A DNA stretch of 64,000 nt from Lingula anatina (taxonomy: Eukaryota; Animalia; Brachiopoda): NCBI GenBank assembly GCA_051362555.1, contig CM120641.1:20522001-20586000 (forward strand), read 5' to 3'. A program made the position numbers and the translations under genes. Positions 28,133 to 41,596 of the stretch are shown here, in pieces. Position 1 is the first letter of the stretch. The number at the start of each line of letters is the position of its first letter. The notes under the pieces were generated by a model, which was given only the letters and a program-made list of their open reading frames with translations, was not told the DNA's origin and made no database searches.

Positions 28133-28744
28133 TTTCCACCACGCACAGGCAAGAGATTGACCTAGACCTTATATTCGGCCGAATAATATGTACATGCGTG
28201 CATAGGGCGTACGTATTGTTCGTTTGCTCAGTGTTGCATCAAGTGGGTCAGTGGAGGAAATATGCATAGGGAAGCCTGTGTTCCCTTCTTCCAAGTGAAA
28301 AGACAAAAATATTTGAAAGAAGAGCATTCGGAAATAAAGAAAGATGTTGCCACAGGAATTAGAAATATAAAAGTGATTCCCGCACAAAGAATTTTGTGAA
28401 ACCCTAAACCGAATACAGCACTGGGCTTCGTAACTCGATAGCATCGCGTATTGCGAATAACGATACCACATAGAGGCTACAATGTATTATATTGGGCGAG
28501 TATGGGCGAGTTATGCAATCGAGACGCTTGCCTTCGGTCGCAGTGCGCGATGCTTTTGAGTTACTGGGCCAGGTATTGCAAATCTCCAAATTTCGGAAAA
28601 CGAGTTGCTGACCACGTGTAGCAGCATTCTTTATTTCAGTATTCACAAAGGGTCCAGAAGGAGGAATTTCAGCACTTCCAGTTGAACTCATAATAAATTA
28701 ACTTGAATTGACCATCTTACCTAAATCCGTAGGAAAGAGGCAAA

Positions 28745-29400
28745 AAATAAATCATACAAAGTCCACAGGGCCAGGCGGAATACACTAAAGAGTCCTCTAA
28801 GAATGTAAGTAACATTGTGGTACATGTATTCTTTTAAAATAATTCACACGTTATTGGATCAGGGAGAATATCCCAGTGTATGGAAAAATAGCCATTTTCT
28901 CAGTCATTTACAAAAAAAGGGGGAGTCCCCCCCCCAGGAACTATAGACCTGTTATTTTAACCTGTACTTGCTATAAAACCATGGAATCCCTCATACGTTA
29001 TTCAATAATGAGACATCTGATCTCATACAATTTACAATCAGATAGACAATATGGGTTTATTCCTAACTGATCAACGGTGTTACAACTTCTAACTGTGATG
29101 GAGGAATGGAAGGACATTGTAGATAGGGAGGGAGAATTGGCGTTAGACTTTCTTAAGGTGTTAAACAAAGTATCCCATCTTAGACTACTGAACAAATATT
29201 CATGGTATCCCGGAGTATTTGATACCTTGGACTAGAGCATTCCTAATAGGAAGGAAACAGAGAGTGAGAATTCAAGGAGCCTTTTCGAACTGGAAAAATA
29301 ATTAGTGAATAGTGGTATCCTACCTGGATTGGTTCTTGGTTCTATGTTTTTCGTGTTGTACATTAATGGCCTCCCTGATACAGCAACAAATCAAATGGAT
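28745..29400 (+). mobile_element. degenerate non-LTR retrotransposon (CR1/L2-group LINE) reverse transcriptase fragment
   Basis: KSTGPGGIH...WK.A...IYKK...NYRPVILTCTCYKTMESLI...RQYGF...STVLQLL...DFLKVLNKVSH, with stops and frameshifts; these are the canonical LINE RT N-terminal motifs. Confidence 0.9.
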
Positions 29401-29428
29401 CTACTGTTTTCTCATTTGCCTAGAAATA

Positions 29429-29657
29429 CTGGTGTCAGGAAATCAGCTTAAACCTTATTATATTTCAACGGTTATCGAAAACGTGACCATTGGGCATTTC
29501 AATTCTGTGACCTGTGGCAACCTCGTTACTCCATTTTTTGGACGATCAATGATTAAAAGGGACGCTTGATCTACTCTGGTGTGAGTACAAATCTATGTCG
29601 TTTAAAACAGAGTTTGACAGTATCAGTTTTTTGCCAACGGGCGCACCATTAGTCTTT
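29429..29657. repeat. second copy of the ~230-bp block at 17329-17556
   Basis: Direct alignment by eye, high identity. Confidence 0.9.
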
Positions 29658-30480
29658 GCCTGTGGTACAGTCCCGCTGCAAAGTCCCTTTACTTACTCTG
29701 CGGGTCCCTGCGGGTTGTTCATACGGCCTGGCGCGGTAACCATGGAAATAACATTGTCATCCATGCGCTGTTTGGTTTCTATTAACAATAGTACCAATAG
29801 TATAAAACACGCCCTACCTCATTTGGCGGCACATTCGTCCACTCACGATGTTCAACCTTTTACAGGTAAATATTGGCTTGGTTGGTTTGCTTTTTGTTAT
29901 TTTAGAGTTTAATTTAGTCTTATTTTGTTGTAAAGATAAGTATTTTAGTTCGTTTAGTTCATTTTTATTTTGTGACCATACTAACGTGCATATTTCGGTA
30001 TTTTGAAGGACTGTGATCAAAACAAAACTTTTCGCGTTCTTCTTTTGGCCAGTATATATTGTCCACGACTATTTACTTGTTATGATATGTCTGCAATGTT
30101 GAATTGTCTCGCAGAAATTACTCTTCTTTGATACAATAAAAGGGACGGAAGCCTTATGTCTATTCTTGTATAAAAGTGTAAATAGATTTTTATTGCTCGT
30201 CGTCTTCTAGTCAATCTGGAATGTATTTTTCAGCTACATGTACATATAATTACATATGACACTACTACGTTAATACGATATAAAGGGTTCGATCTAGAAT
30301 ATTCATGTAAAACAAACCGTTAATGTTAATAACGCCATATTCCTTTATGTGCATCTATTCTAATAGTTACATTTCCTAGCAAAATTTAAAAATAGATATA
30401 TCATTGGGTATTATCAATACCAACGTACATATATGTGTTATTGACATCAGTAACCATGTACAAACACGTGTTCTCATTGG

Positions 30481-30746
30481 TTAGTTGCTCATACTTCCAT
30501 GGAGTCCCGTGACATTTCGTAGAGTGCTGGCAGCAGAGTTAATGGTAAAAATCGCCACGGCCATTTGCCTCCTAACAAGCCGCCACTGTTTCATCTGTTC
30601 GTCTGGTGCTTTGCTCTCTATGTCAAACAGTGCGTCGGTGAGCCCAGGGAATCCCGAGCTGGCGTAGGTGTTCTTACTGCTCGGTGCGAATATAACGTGC
30701 CTGTAATGGAGAAGAAGAGTAAGGCAGTGTTTTTCGAGTGCCGTGC

Positions 30747-30796
<50 letters not shown>

Positions 30797-33700
30797 AAGA
30801 AGGAAATGAGGGTAGTGTGAAATTTCAAAAGTATAATGAGAGTGAGAGAGAGAGGACCGAGAGGAGAATACAATTTTGTAAATAATTCAAAAATAAGGAA
30901 AGAAGAAGAAGAAGAGAAAGAGTGGCAAGGTAGGCAATCATGACCAGTTAACTATTTCACTTCTGAAGTTAGTTATACACACTTCATGAGAGGCCGACCG
31001 GGCAGCCCAGCCGGATCAGTGAACCCACGTTCCAACAGCATCATCTGGTCATTAACACGTCTCACGGCAAAAGGGCTGGAATGGTAAATCGAAGAATTAG
31101 ACATTTAAAAACAGTGCTGGTTTTGACCGTCAGATGGCGCAAGTGAGCGTCCTGACGGCCAAAAACGTGACTTCTTTCTTGTTTTTTTTATCTCTTGAAC
31201 CGTATAATACACCGTAACATAAAAATAGTGCCAAAAACATTCAAGAACATTTTGTCACTGGGTAGAAAGATCTCGCCCAATTTCTTAGGAGATCCGACAA
31301 TACTAATATATGACATGCGTGTCCCTATTTCATGATCTAGTTATTCCCTTACGGAATCAGATAGTTTCCTGTTTGAAAAGGGGGCAATATCCATCACCTA
31401 TCCATGAGAAAAATAAATTCAATTATGTAATATATTATCTTCCATGTACATAGCAGCTTATATAAATACCAATTATATCACCCTGTGGTATACATATGCG
31501 TTAGTGATTGATTGCAGTAGGGTGTCAAATTCGAATTGTTAACTTACTCTTTCCTGTTAACTTTTTGTATTCCTTCATGAAAGGCGTCTGCAACACGTCG
31601 GAATTCGTTCACTGCTGTGGTCAGATTTGCTGGCAAAAAGAGTGACCGTTTAGAATTAACAAACAAATAGGTAACATCATTATAAAAGTATTGCTGATGA
31701 CAACAAGACAATGTTTTCTACTGCATGCCTGCCAAGTGCACAGGATACGCCTGTTGCGTCTTTTAAAGTAATAGCATAAAGCAAGCATGTCTATTGTCTA
31801 ATCAATCCATTTTTTCATACGGCGCAAAAGGAAACTTTTGAAGGGTGGGAGTGTATTTAAAGATACAGTTGTGCCTTAGCCCTGCTGCCACTGCTAAAAT
31901 AAAACAATGGCCTTGTTTATAGCTGGAGTGCACTAGTGTAAATCAGGCCTACTAAACGAAATGGCAGTTAGTGACTTGGAACCACAGACTTGTGATTACT
32001 ATCTCTGAATTATTGGCCAAAACTGCGCTCTGAGGTACTTCTTGTCATGATACACTGCGAACCTCAAGTCCCCCCATCGTTGTCCGTTAAAATGCAACGT
32101 AACTTACCTAAAGAAACACCATTACTGTTCAGCCAGGTCTCGTTATTTGCTTCTTTGAATTTCTGGAGCATGGTTTCAAGTTTAGTTGCATATCCTCTGA
32201 CGTCCATTGGCAGTATGACGGTGTCCGCCATGTACCTGGCAATCTCACCACAGATACGACAGAGCGACTGGTGCCATTTAAATGTGGGATCAGTGTAGTT
32301 AGTTACCAAGAGGAAAGTTTCGTAAACAGAGTGATACAGAGGGTAACTGGATATGGCCCATTCTTCCTATGTAAATAAGGAATGTTTTAGAGTATCGTTT
32401 TTCTGGTGTCTTATTTCAAGACAGATTTGCCGACATAACGGCACTTAAAATTTGTACCGCAGTAAATTTGTTGTTGGTCATATCACTAAATATATAGAAA
32501 GACAAATTAAAACACACGACTTTCAAAGTTCAAAATAAATATCATATTTGATACTGGCTGTTTTGATTTCCCATAACTTTTTACAATTCGTAAGTTCAAT
32601 TATTTAATAATTTAGAAATAAAATAAAGATCACCCTTACATAGATAATTTTCTAGAACGATAACGATAACGCGTAATTTATTAATAAACTTACGTCATCA
32701 AAAGTGTAGCTCAAATCAACTGCAGGAATCCCGGCTCTTTGGAAGAAGGGAGCATAGTCGCTACCCGATCCAAGGTCTCGGATCCTTTTATAAAAACGTA
32801 ACTTTTTAATTAATATAATCACTCAATATCTTTAATGCTGGTTTTCATTATTTGGGGACAGTCATATTTATTTGTATTTCATAAATAAGATAGGAATTCG
32901 CAGGGGATTCTCAGAGAAAGGACGTCTTAATGACAACGAAGACGCCCCTTTAAAGGACACAATGAGAGATCCGTACGTGCTTGTACATACGTGACATTTG
33001 TTGTTGAACCTCTTAATAAATTCGGATAGATATAAGATATTTCAATAATACTTTCATACATTTTAAAAATAACATTCGATTTTAAAAAATTTAAGCAAAA
33101 AGCCTCAAAATAATTATGCCAGTAGTGAGCATTGGAAAATAACAACATGCACGAACTTCGGATTTTGACTCGAGTTCGTCCTCTTCTGCCAAGAATCATA
33201 AACATTGCTGAACATCGTACTTTCCGGATCAGGAACCTTATACGAAATAAAATGTGAAGATCATAGTGAAAGAAAAGTACATGCAGCTTCTATAAGATTA
33301 GTGGTTAGAACAAAAGGAGAAAAGGAAAATTTGGCCGTAAAAGTATTTTTTAACAAACTACTTGAATGGCAGTGTTGACAACTGTGAGCATGTTCACGAA
33401 TACTGTTCATTTTTGCTCTAGAGTGTTATTTATGCTAAATAATAAGTACACAAATCTTGCAAAGTATAATGCCAGCAACCCTGACACTGTTACAAAAATA
33501 ATTGTTTTACCTCTTTCGTTGCAGCGTACACCGCCTCATACAGCAGTGGTGAGGCCCCAACACTAAGTTTGTAATGATACTCCACGGCGATATCAACGTT
33601 GATGTATGCCACTGCCCTCTCCCCAAGAGCTTTAATGTACTGCTCAACCCACTCAGTGGACCCAATCAATGCGTATTCTTCTGCACCCCAGCTACCAAAC

Positions 33701-36700
33701 ATTATGGTTCTACGTGGTCTCCAACCTTAAAGATATAACAGGACCAAATTTCAGGACTATATGATTTAAAGTGCACTTGTGACTGCAAAAAGACTCAGTC
33801 TCTCTTATTCTATCTCTATTTAATAAAAATACTTGAATGCAGCAATTGATTGGATTTGAACCTTAAGGCCATGGTTAAGGTTACCTTCTTTGACCAGACT
33901 CCCCAGGGCCCTTGTCAGCTCCAGAAGGACGGCGGTCCCACTGGTGGGGTCCACGGCACCGTACGCCCAGGCATCACGGTGGTTCCCAACGATCACATAG
34001 CGGTCTGAAAAAGAAATTTATAAAATGAAGTGTATTTTGTTACCCCTATGGTATTAAATATTTTATTGCTGAATTTTATTTTTTACACTGAAGGTGAGGC
34101 GACATGTCGATTATATTTATTGTAAGTTATGTAAATTTTCTTTTTTCGCATCCAAAATTACCTTTTTAGCATTTTTTTTCAGTTCTTACTAACCAAAAAA
34201 CCTTATCTATCTAATAACTTTTACAGAATTAATAGTCTCCATGTTATTCAGATTCTAAAAGTCTTCAAAGTCAGTTTTCTCATCATTCAATGCCATTCTA
34301 CACGAGGAGTGTCGTTATGCATAAACAATGAATTACAGACAGGTAACTTTTATGAAGTTTGATATAAGCATAGATATATAAAAAAGCAGTCGCGCAGACA
34401 AATATTACGTTCTTTTAAGTGCCTTCCTGTGTAAAAGCAATAACAAGGATATATGTTGCTAAAAAAAGACCTTGTAAAACATTTTGATAAGCCTGCACAT
34501 CTTCAATATACCGTATTTTTATTTGTATATTTCTAAATTATGAAAAATAAGAGCAATACAAATATCATTTGGTATATTTTTGTTCATGAATAAAAAGTCA
34601 ATTCTACGCTCCAAACTATTACACGATCAAGATAAAAATGAGAATCTCAAGGGCTTGGGGACGTTCTTAGAATATGTTACATGGAACTGTATTGGAAAAC
34701 CAGTATCGAAAGTATGAAAAAGTTTCAAAAGTTTCAGAAACATTCTCATAGAATATTTTTGTGTATTTTCGATTATTTTCCATGATTATATTTTCCATGA
34801 TTATAATGATGATAAAAAACCTGCTGTTACCTGGTTCCACTGCCCCTCGTATTATCCCAATGGCATTGTAGGTTGTTCTGATCTCTCTCGTGTTGTGATT
34901 CACTACTCTCAGCGTTCTGAATAAAGTTCATTTATCTCTAATAAACACTTGACGAATTCTAATGCATGTCATAATTTGGTTTGTTTTAACATTAAAAACA
35001 TTAAACATTTAAATTGAAATCATTAGAGTTCGAAAGAATATACAGCATTATACTGTATTTTATATTTTACAAACATATTAAAAGGACAAAGCATATACAT
35101 CTAACGTTTATCTAATGTTTGGAAACAGATGATGGCATTTGGAAATGAAAACACGTGCAGCCTAAAAGTCGAATAAGTTTTGAACAAAACACCTTGTGTC
35201 TATAGATAATTTTTGTAAATTTGGCTTGAGGCTTTTCTCACAGAGTCTCATTTAAGAAGTGATCTGACAGTAACGAAATTGCATTCATATTGAAAAACAA
35301 CGTCGTATTTCTTCTGGTTTTATGTTCAGTGCTTTAACTATTTTACCTGCCCCCCCCCCCCCCCTTCTTCCGTTCCAAATTATACTGTGCGTCTAATGCG
35401 TAAAGTTTATATAATAACAAAATCAAATAATCAAAATCTTGGTAAATAAAAACTCTAAACTTCATCATAGCTATCATGCCATGATACACAAATACCTTAA
35501 TGTAAGTTTTCTTTGACCGTCACATGTGACTTACTTATTGTCCATTAAATAGCCCCCAAATCTGTATGTGACATGCGCCATATCTCCTCTCCACGAAGCA
35601 GGTACTTCCTCCCCGCCCATTGTGTTGAGTAGCTCCTTGGCATAATCGTAGCCGATAGGGTGCGCTGGGATCTGCGGCATCTCCATTTTCTCCTCCAGCT
35701 CTTCTATGAGCTCACGATAAGAGTAATCTAAAAAAAAAAACACCCTTAAATACCTACCACAGAGTCAAAGTGTTAAAGCACTAAGGAATTTTTTTATAAT
35801 TCAAATTCATAAGTTATGCTAGTATATCGTGCAATTCTTGAATCAACGAATGAAAAGTCTAGCTTCATTTCCATTTATTTATCTCTTCGTTGTAACAATT
35901 GAATTAAACCTTGCTTCAATTGCACGTCGTTGCAATCGACAAACTGATGCATCTCCAAGAAAACTAAAAAGAAAACTTAAACGGCAAGCTGTTATTTATA
36001 GATGAAGTCCACTTTGGAAAAAAATGAGCAGTTTGCCAAAATACTCTGTACCTATTCTTTTTGATTTTTTAAAAAATTAATCTCTTCCTCGAGATCGTTT
36101 AAGATTTTCCAATTTTCTAATTGTAATTCTTTACTTTCTTCTCTCTCTCCAAGTGCATGATGTCAACGATCAATGAATATAACCTATAGTCAGTCTACTT
36201 ACCAACAGCTGGATACCCAGGGGTAAGGGGGTCGCCATTACCAATGAAAGTTGACCCCCTTTGTACTCCTGTGCCGGGTAACCACCAGGAATTGGGGAAA
36301 ACGGCTCCATTAGGGTCAACAGCGTAATCCTTGGGGTCCGAGTATAGGATAACAGCAGACGCATTGAACATAGTGGCATGACGGACCTGAGCACAAAGTT
36401 AATTGTTATTTTTGAGAATGCACTGCTATTTTTTTATTTCATATTTGAAATAATATTTTTTGCAAGTTCCATATATCAAAAAGTCTAACGGACGCCCAAA
36501 GTTGTGGGAGGTACAGCAAAATCTAAATAGCGTTACACCGTAAGCCCTGGTAGCAAGAAGGGGTAATGTAAGCTGAAACTGTGTGACAGTGACAATCTAA
36601 ACAAATTAGAAGAGAGGGATTGCTTTACAAATTTGTCTGGATCATGAATTTTCATAGTTCTACTTTTTTGTCGGAGATTACCCCTTTTATACTTTAACCT

Positions 36701-39700
36701 TACTTAATTAAAATCTACATAGGGGTGACAAAAGTATTGTACCATCTATACGAAGAAGACTAGCGCCAGAAACGACAGCCGTCTTTTCATGCTGTCAAGG
36801 GATTTGGCACCGTCCAGCGCATGTTACATGGTGAGGTTAGCAAAAGAAAAGTTCATAGAAGTCTCCATGCTACAGGAATTCACACCAGGGTTGCCAAGAG
36901 GAAAACACTTATTACATGTACCTTGGTAAGCAGTCGAACAAGAAGGAAATGGGCTGGGACATGGAACTATTGCATGGACCGTAGGTCAGAATCGGAGCCA
37001 TTTTGTATTTTATGATGAGTCCATTTTCACCGTGAACAAAAAGGGTGGGCGGGTGAGAGTATGGAGAACATCACAACTTCTTATATGCCAGATAATACAT
37101 ACATTTCCTCACTCAACGTTTACGTAAACCCAACATAGTCATTATTAAAGTGTCAAACCCTGGGCATTTTGCCATGGAGCTCTTCAAATTGCTTGTCAAC
37201 TTATAAAGATTTACAGTTGAATTATGTCATATCTGCAAAGATAAGGGCTGTCAGATGTCATCAAACATTTCATGACAGTGGAATAGCGATAATAAAGTAA
37301 TATAAATAGTAATAAAAATAACGGTGTGTCCTACTATACCTTATCTCCCCTGAATATTTTCCCGTATCTGGCGATGACTATAGCACCATTTAAGTCCATG
37401 CTTTTGTTGCGCGTTATGAAGAAGAAGTCTTCAATTCGCCCGTAGTTTACGTAGACGAGTCTACTATTCTGAAAAGCATCATAACAGAGCATCAGTTTGG
37501 TGTCAGATGCATTTTAGGGAGGAAACACACATTCTGAACAATCATTACTTAGTTGAAAAGACAAGAAATGATAAAACTGTCATCAAAAGTAAAGAACTTA
37601 ATCAAAGGTCCTTTCGCAAAATCAATAATGATTTGCCAAACTCATCCGCATTTTGTAATCACATTCATACCTCTACGGTACCGTTCTTTGAGTAAGCGTT
37701 AAATGGTGGGGGTGCTCGGGGATCCTTGGTGCTAGACGCCTTATCCAGGGCTGCCTCCTCGAGGGGAGTCTGCCAAATGACATTGCCGTTACTGTCTAGA
37801 ATCTGAGCCTGAAATACATGTAGTATGAAACTCAAAGTATCCCAAAGTAAGTAATACACATCGGTATTGTTAGGTTTTTACAATTATTTGGTGCTTTCTC
37901 ACCCCAGTGAAGCAATTCAGAGCATTTCACAGTATATAAACCGCATTTTCTAGGCCTAATGTCCGATTTGAACGGTGGGTTATGAACCAATGTCTAAATT
38001 TGATGAAAGACTTATGAACAATTACTTGTGATTCAGGTTGTCCAGAAAGGAATGTCAAAAGATTGGCAGAGATGCAGACATTCAGATTTAAAGTCTTGTT
38101 CTTATTGCACCACCTAAATGTGCTTTTACACACACCTTGTTTGCCGTGTAGTTGCTTGTTTTATTTCCAGGATAGGAAAGGAGAACATCATACGGCACCA
38201 AGACAGCGTCATCTAAACCTTGTTCCAGCCATTTCCTACGAAGATCCTCGGCTGTTGTAAAATCCTCTGCAGTGCCGGCTACGTGAGGGTACCTTGTCAT
38301 TTCCCTTGAAAGAAAAAAAATCCACAATTTTGGCTAAATTTATTCTATGTGTACATTTATTTTCGCTTAAAGAACCTTCAATGTATGTTAAAATAACATG
38401 GATCAGCTGGTTAAACATCACTGTTCTTCAACTTAGGCTAATTCGGTTTCTGTCCTTATTAAGTTACTACCGACTAAAATTAAAAGAAGCTTTAAAAATA
38501 GATTTATTTCTCTTGCTAAACAATCTATATAACGCCACAACGCAAATATTTTCTGTGTTGGCCGTATCAGTTTCCAACTGATTAGCCTAATCAGTGAATC
38601 CTTAGGTTAAATTTCTTTAGCTTGTTTGGGTGACATGTTGGAGGTCCTTGCGCCAATGTAAAATCAACGTGACATGACTGTAAAACACAAATGAATTTTA
38701 TCGCCTCCAGATCGGCTCTCAAAAATATAATGATTTGGACCAATGTGTATGGCGTCTTATTTATTTAAAGCAAAATTTCCCGTTGCTCCACTCCACTCTT
38801 CTCCACTCCATAATGCAAGTGAAATGCTCGTATGAATAGGCCACTGGTGAAATACATGTATAAAACAATGACAAACCATATCTGCAATAAGTGATAAAGG
38901 GGGTTGAAGCTCTATCATAAAAAAGTTAGGTAAACATACTGCCTGATACAGGTAGCTCCTTCTACACAAAAACATATATAAAACACAAGTTCAATGTAGG
39001 CCATCCAGGTGATGATATTTCGGAGAAAAACCGCAATCTGGACCACGCCCCCATACTAATACTTAAGACACACTAGATATGGGGCATTTGAATCTAGATA
39101 TCACTCATAAACATTTGATTTACATTCGTCAAATATCAATTCTGAACTATTCATTTAAACACAAAGTTCTTTCAGAGCTTCCGTGCCAAAAACATGACCC
39201 CCCCCCCTTCTTCTTTTTGATATCTAGAGTCCCTCAATCAAAGACCTGCTTTATGAAAGTACAGGATAATAAGAGTGGTATGCCAATATAAAGAGTGTAA
39301 AGGTGACAGGGACACACCCACCTTTGTTTTAAGTGCGCTTATGACAATAAATATGTAAGCAAGTCGATCGTTCCTTAACAGTACAAATAAGTCACTGGTG
39401 GGTTTAGCCCGAGGGTAGTCAAATTCCAACGTCAGTGGTAATGGATTAGGGTCTAATGTTTTTAATATATAAAAATAGATGCACCTGACATTGCCTTGTG
39501 GGTCTTTGCTTTTGAAATCATCATCGTATGCAACACGCCCCAAAAACCACTCTGTACATTAGGTTGAACTTTTAGCAGGTTGTATAGCCCCATTACAGCA
39601 GATGCTAGTATATTAATATTCGTATATGTGAATTTATGTACATAAATAAAAACGGCGCCGACCCTACCGTAAATTCTCGCGAATGTTTTCTGCTTTGATT

Positions 39701-39906
39701 CCATCAATAAGTCTCTGCCGAAAAGATATATCTCCATCTTCTGCTAATTTCAGGAACTCATTGTACGCTTTACTCTCTCCGCCTGCCGTTGCGCTCTCCG
39801 CGTTCTTGGCAGAAAAATATCCAATAAGCACCCCTGCGACGATACCAACCACTAAACAGATTGAAGCAATGAGCACCGCAATCTTTCTTCCAACTACAGA
39901 CTGCAT
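30481..39906 (-). CDS. glutamate carboxypeptidase II / NAALADase-like M28B metallopeptidase, copy B, ~765 aa
   Basis: 15 exons with the same sizes as copy A except exon 1: 39906-39668, 38304-38136, 37808-37671, 37468-37340, 36386-36203, 35727-35535, 34916-34831, 34004-33885, 33725-33511, 33236-33157, 32784-32694, 32366-32108, 31629-31548, 31075-30983, 30700-30481 (2298 nt). Same motifs; no frameshift or stop seen. Confidence 0.95.
36716..37075 (+). mobile_element. Tc1/mariner DNA transposon remnant in intron 4 of GCPII copy B
   Basis: TA followed by a TIR-like cataggggtgacaaaagtattg; frameshifted translation [27 protein letters not shown]...RRKWA...WTVGQ...FVFYDESIF...GGRVRVWR, matching the Tc1 second HTH region and first catalytic Asp (DES) motif. 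Confidence 0.8.
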
Positions 39907-41469
39907 AGTTGATTCTCCAATGTGAAGAAATGATCAGTGTTAGCAAGTTTGTCTTTCTTATGCCACCACGCAGGCAAGAGATCTACGTTGGCCTAATAAT
40001 GGGCTGAATACTATGCACATGCGTGCATAGGGCGTATTTTTCGTTTACTCAGGGTTCCATCGGGTCACTGGTGATAATACATAAGAAGCCTGTTTTCCCT
40101 TTTACGGAGTAAAATGACAAAAAATACTTTAAAGAAGCGCATTCGGAATATTGATCAAAGATGCCGCCACATAAAAATATAAAGGCAAATCTCAAACAAC
40201 AAGCCTCATTCCATCTCTAAAGCCCTGGATCTCAGCTGTAGAATTAAACCAGATTTTGCCTGTTTCAGTTTAAATGCTGCATGCGATTCATTCAGTGGTT
40301 GGGCCCATTATACATGTGTAATGGGTCCAGGTTCAGTGTTATGATGGTGATTCAAACCCTTTTCGTATTTATAAAACATATAATGATGTTCAATTTTATC
40401 TTAAAACCCTTAACTCAGTTTTAATAATCATAATTGAAACTTTGAGGTTTATCATTGCCAATCTTTACAGTCGCTCTATCTGCAAAACCAAGTTCTTCCA
40501 CCTTTGTCAAATTTAACGCCATGGTTTCCTTCACAATTAAGCGTGCCTTTAAATCACAAACACACATTATCTTGGATTCTTTTACCCAGTGTCTGTTGAT
40601 CAGATCCTGGCACACAAACAGACACGTAGCATACAACAGGCAACGTCCAGGTTCATGTAGCTTAATACAGTTAACTAAGTTGACTTTATCCCCATAGCCC
40701 ATCTTTGTTGCAGATGCCATAGTTCACTACCAAGTCTTAAATTCTCTACTGTTTACTCTACTGCCGTATTAGGACCAGTCAGCAAAGTTTCTGCAGAGCC
40801 CAATGGAAAAGAGCTGCAAATAATTTAATCAAAAAGAATAGCTGTTTAAATACCCCAGTTCTTATCGGATCAAGGCATGTCAAACACCATTGTGACCTTA
40901 CACTCTCCACAATAAATTACACACAAATGATATATTTATGACTTAATGATTTTTTTCACTTTCACATTCGCCTATGGTAAAAAATAAGTTAAATTATGCT
41001 TACATAACAGTACCAGCTAAAGGGCCGGAGGGGGGGTGGTGAAATGTGTGAAATGAAACAAGAAGTAGTAGAACATCTCATTAACTTCCAGACTTCGCGA
41101 AAAAAGCGCATTTTCAAAGTTCGATAACTACATACAGTGTACATAACAAACACTCCAATTTGAAATGTAAATCAAAACCGAGATAGATAGGCCTATATAG
41201 CCTATTTATTCCACAATGTACAAAATATGTATATATACATAAATTTCGGGCAAAACAGAACAGTGGGGCTCCTGACCCCCACCCCCTCTTTGTAAATGTA
41301 TTTCTACGTCATTTTGTCTATTATACATGTATCACTTGTTTCATCCTTCTCCACCATTAATGGGCGCCGGGGTGATCCATTTTGAATGTTAATATTCCCC
41401 TCTTGAAATTATAATTTTGACTGGCTGAATCATGGGCCCTACTTCTAAACCGTACCAAATGGCACCATT

Positions 41470-41596
41470 TACCCTCCAAAACACCAAAAATTTTCTGGGC
41501 CCTTGAACCCCACGCCGACCTCCCAATCCGAGGCGAGGCCGGTCTTTCCTAAAAAATAAAAAACCCACCCCTTCATAATCCTGGATCCGCCCTTGG
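41470..41596 (-). mobile_element. probable MITE terminus (agggcggatccagga... type)
   Basis: GC-rich island ending cccccttcataatcctggatccgcccttg, a terminus style common in invertebrate non-autonomous DNA elements; the partner end was not identified. Confidence 0.4.

Noticed and set aside
30481-39906. Copy B as a pseudogene because the first ATG is lost
   Set aside because: The second ATG precedes an intact TM anchor, and all 15 exons keep size, phase and catalytic residues.
40421-40820. 99-aa minus-strand ORF between GCPII copy B and ATP6V1D
   Set aside because: No recognisable motif and no consistent splice partners; possibly decayed transposon sequence, but I cannot support a call.
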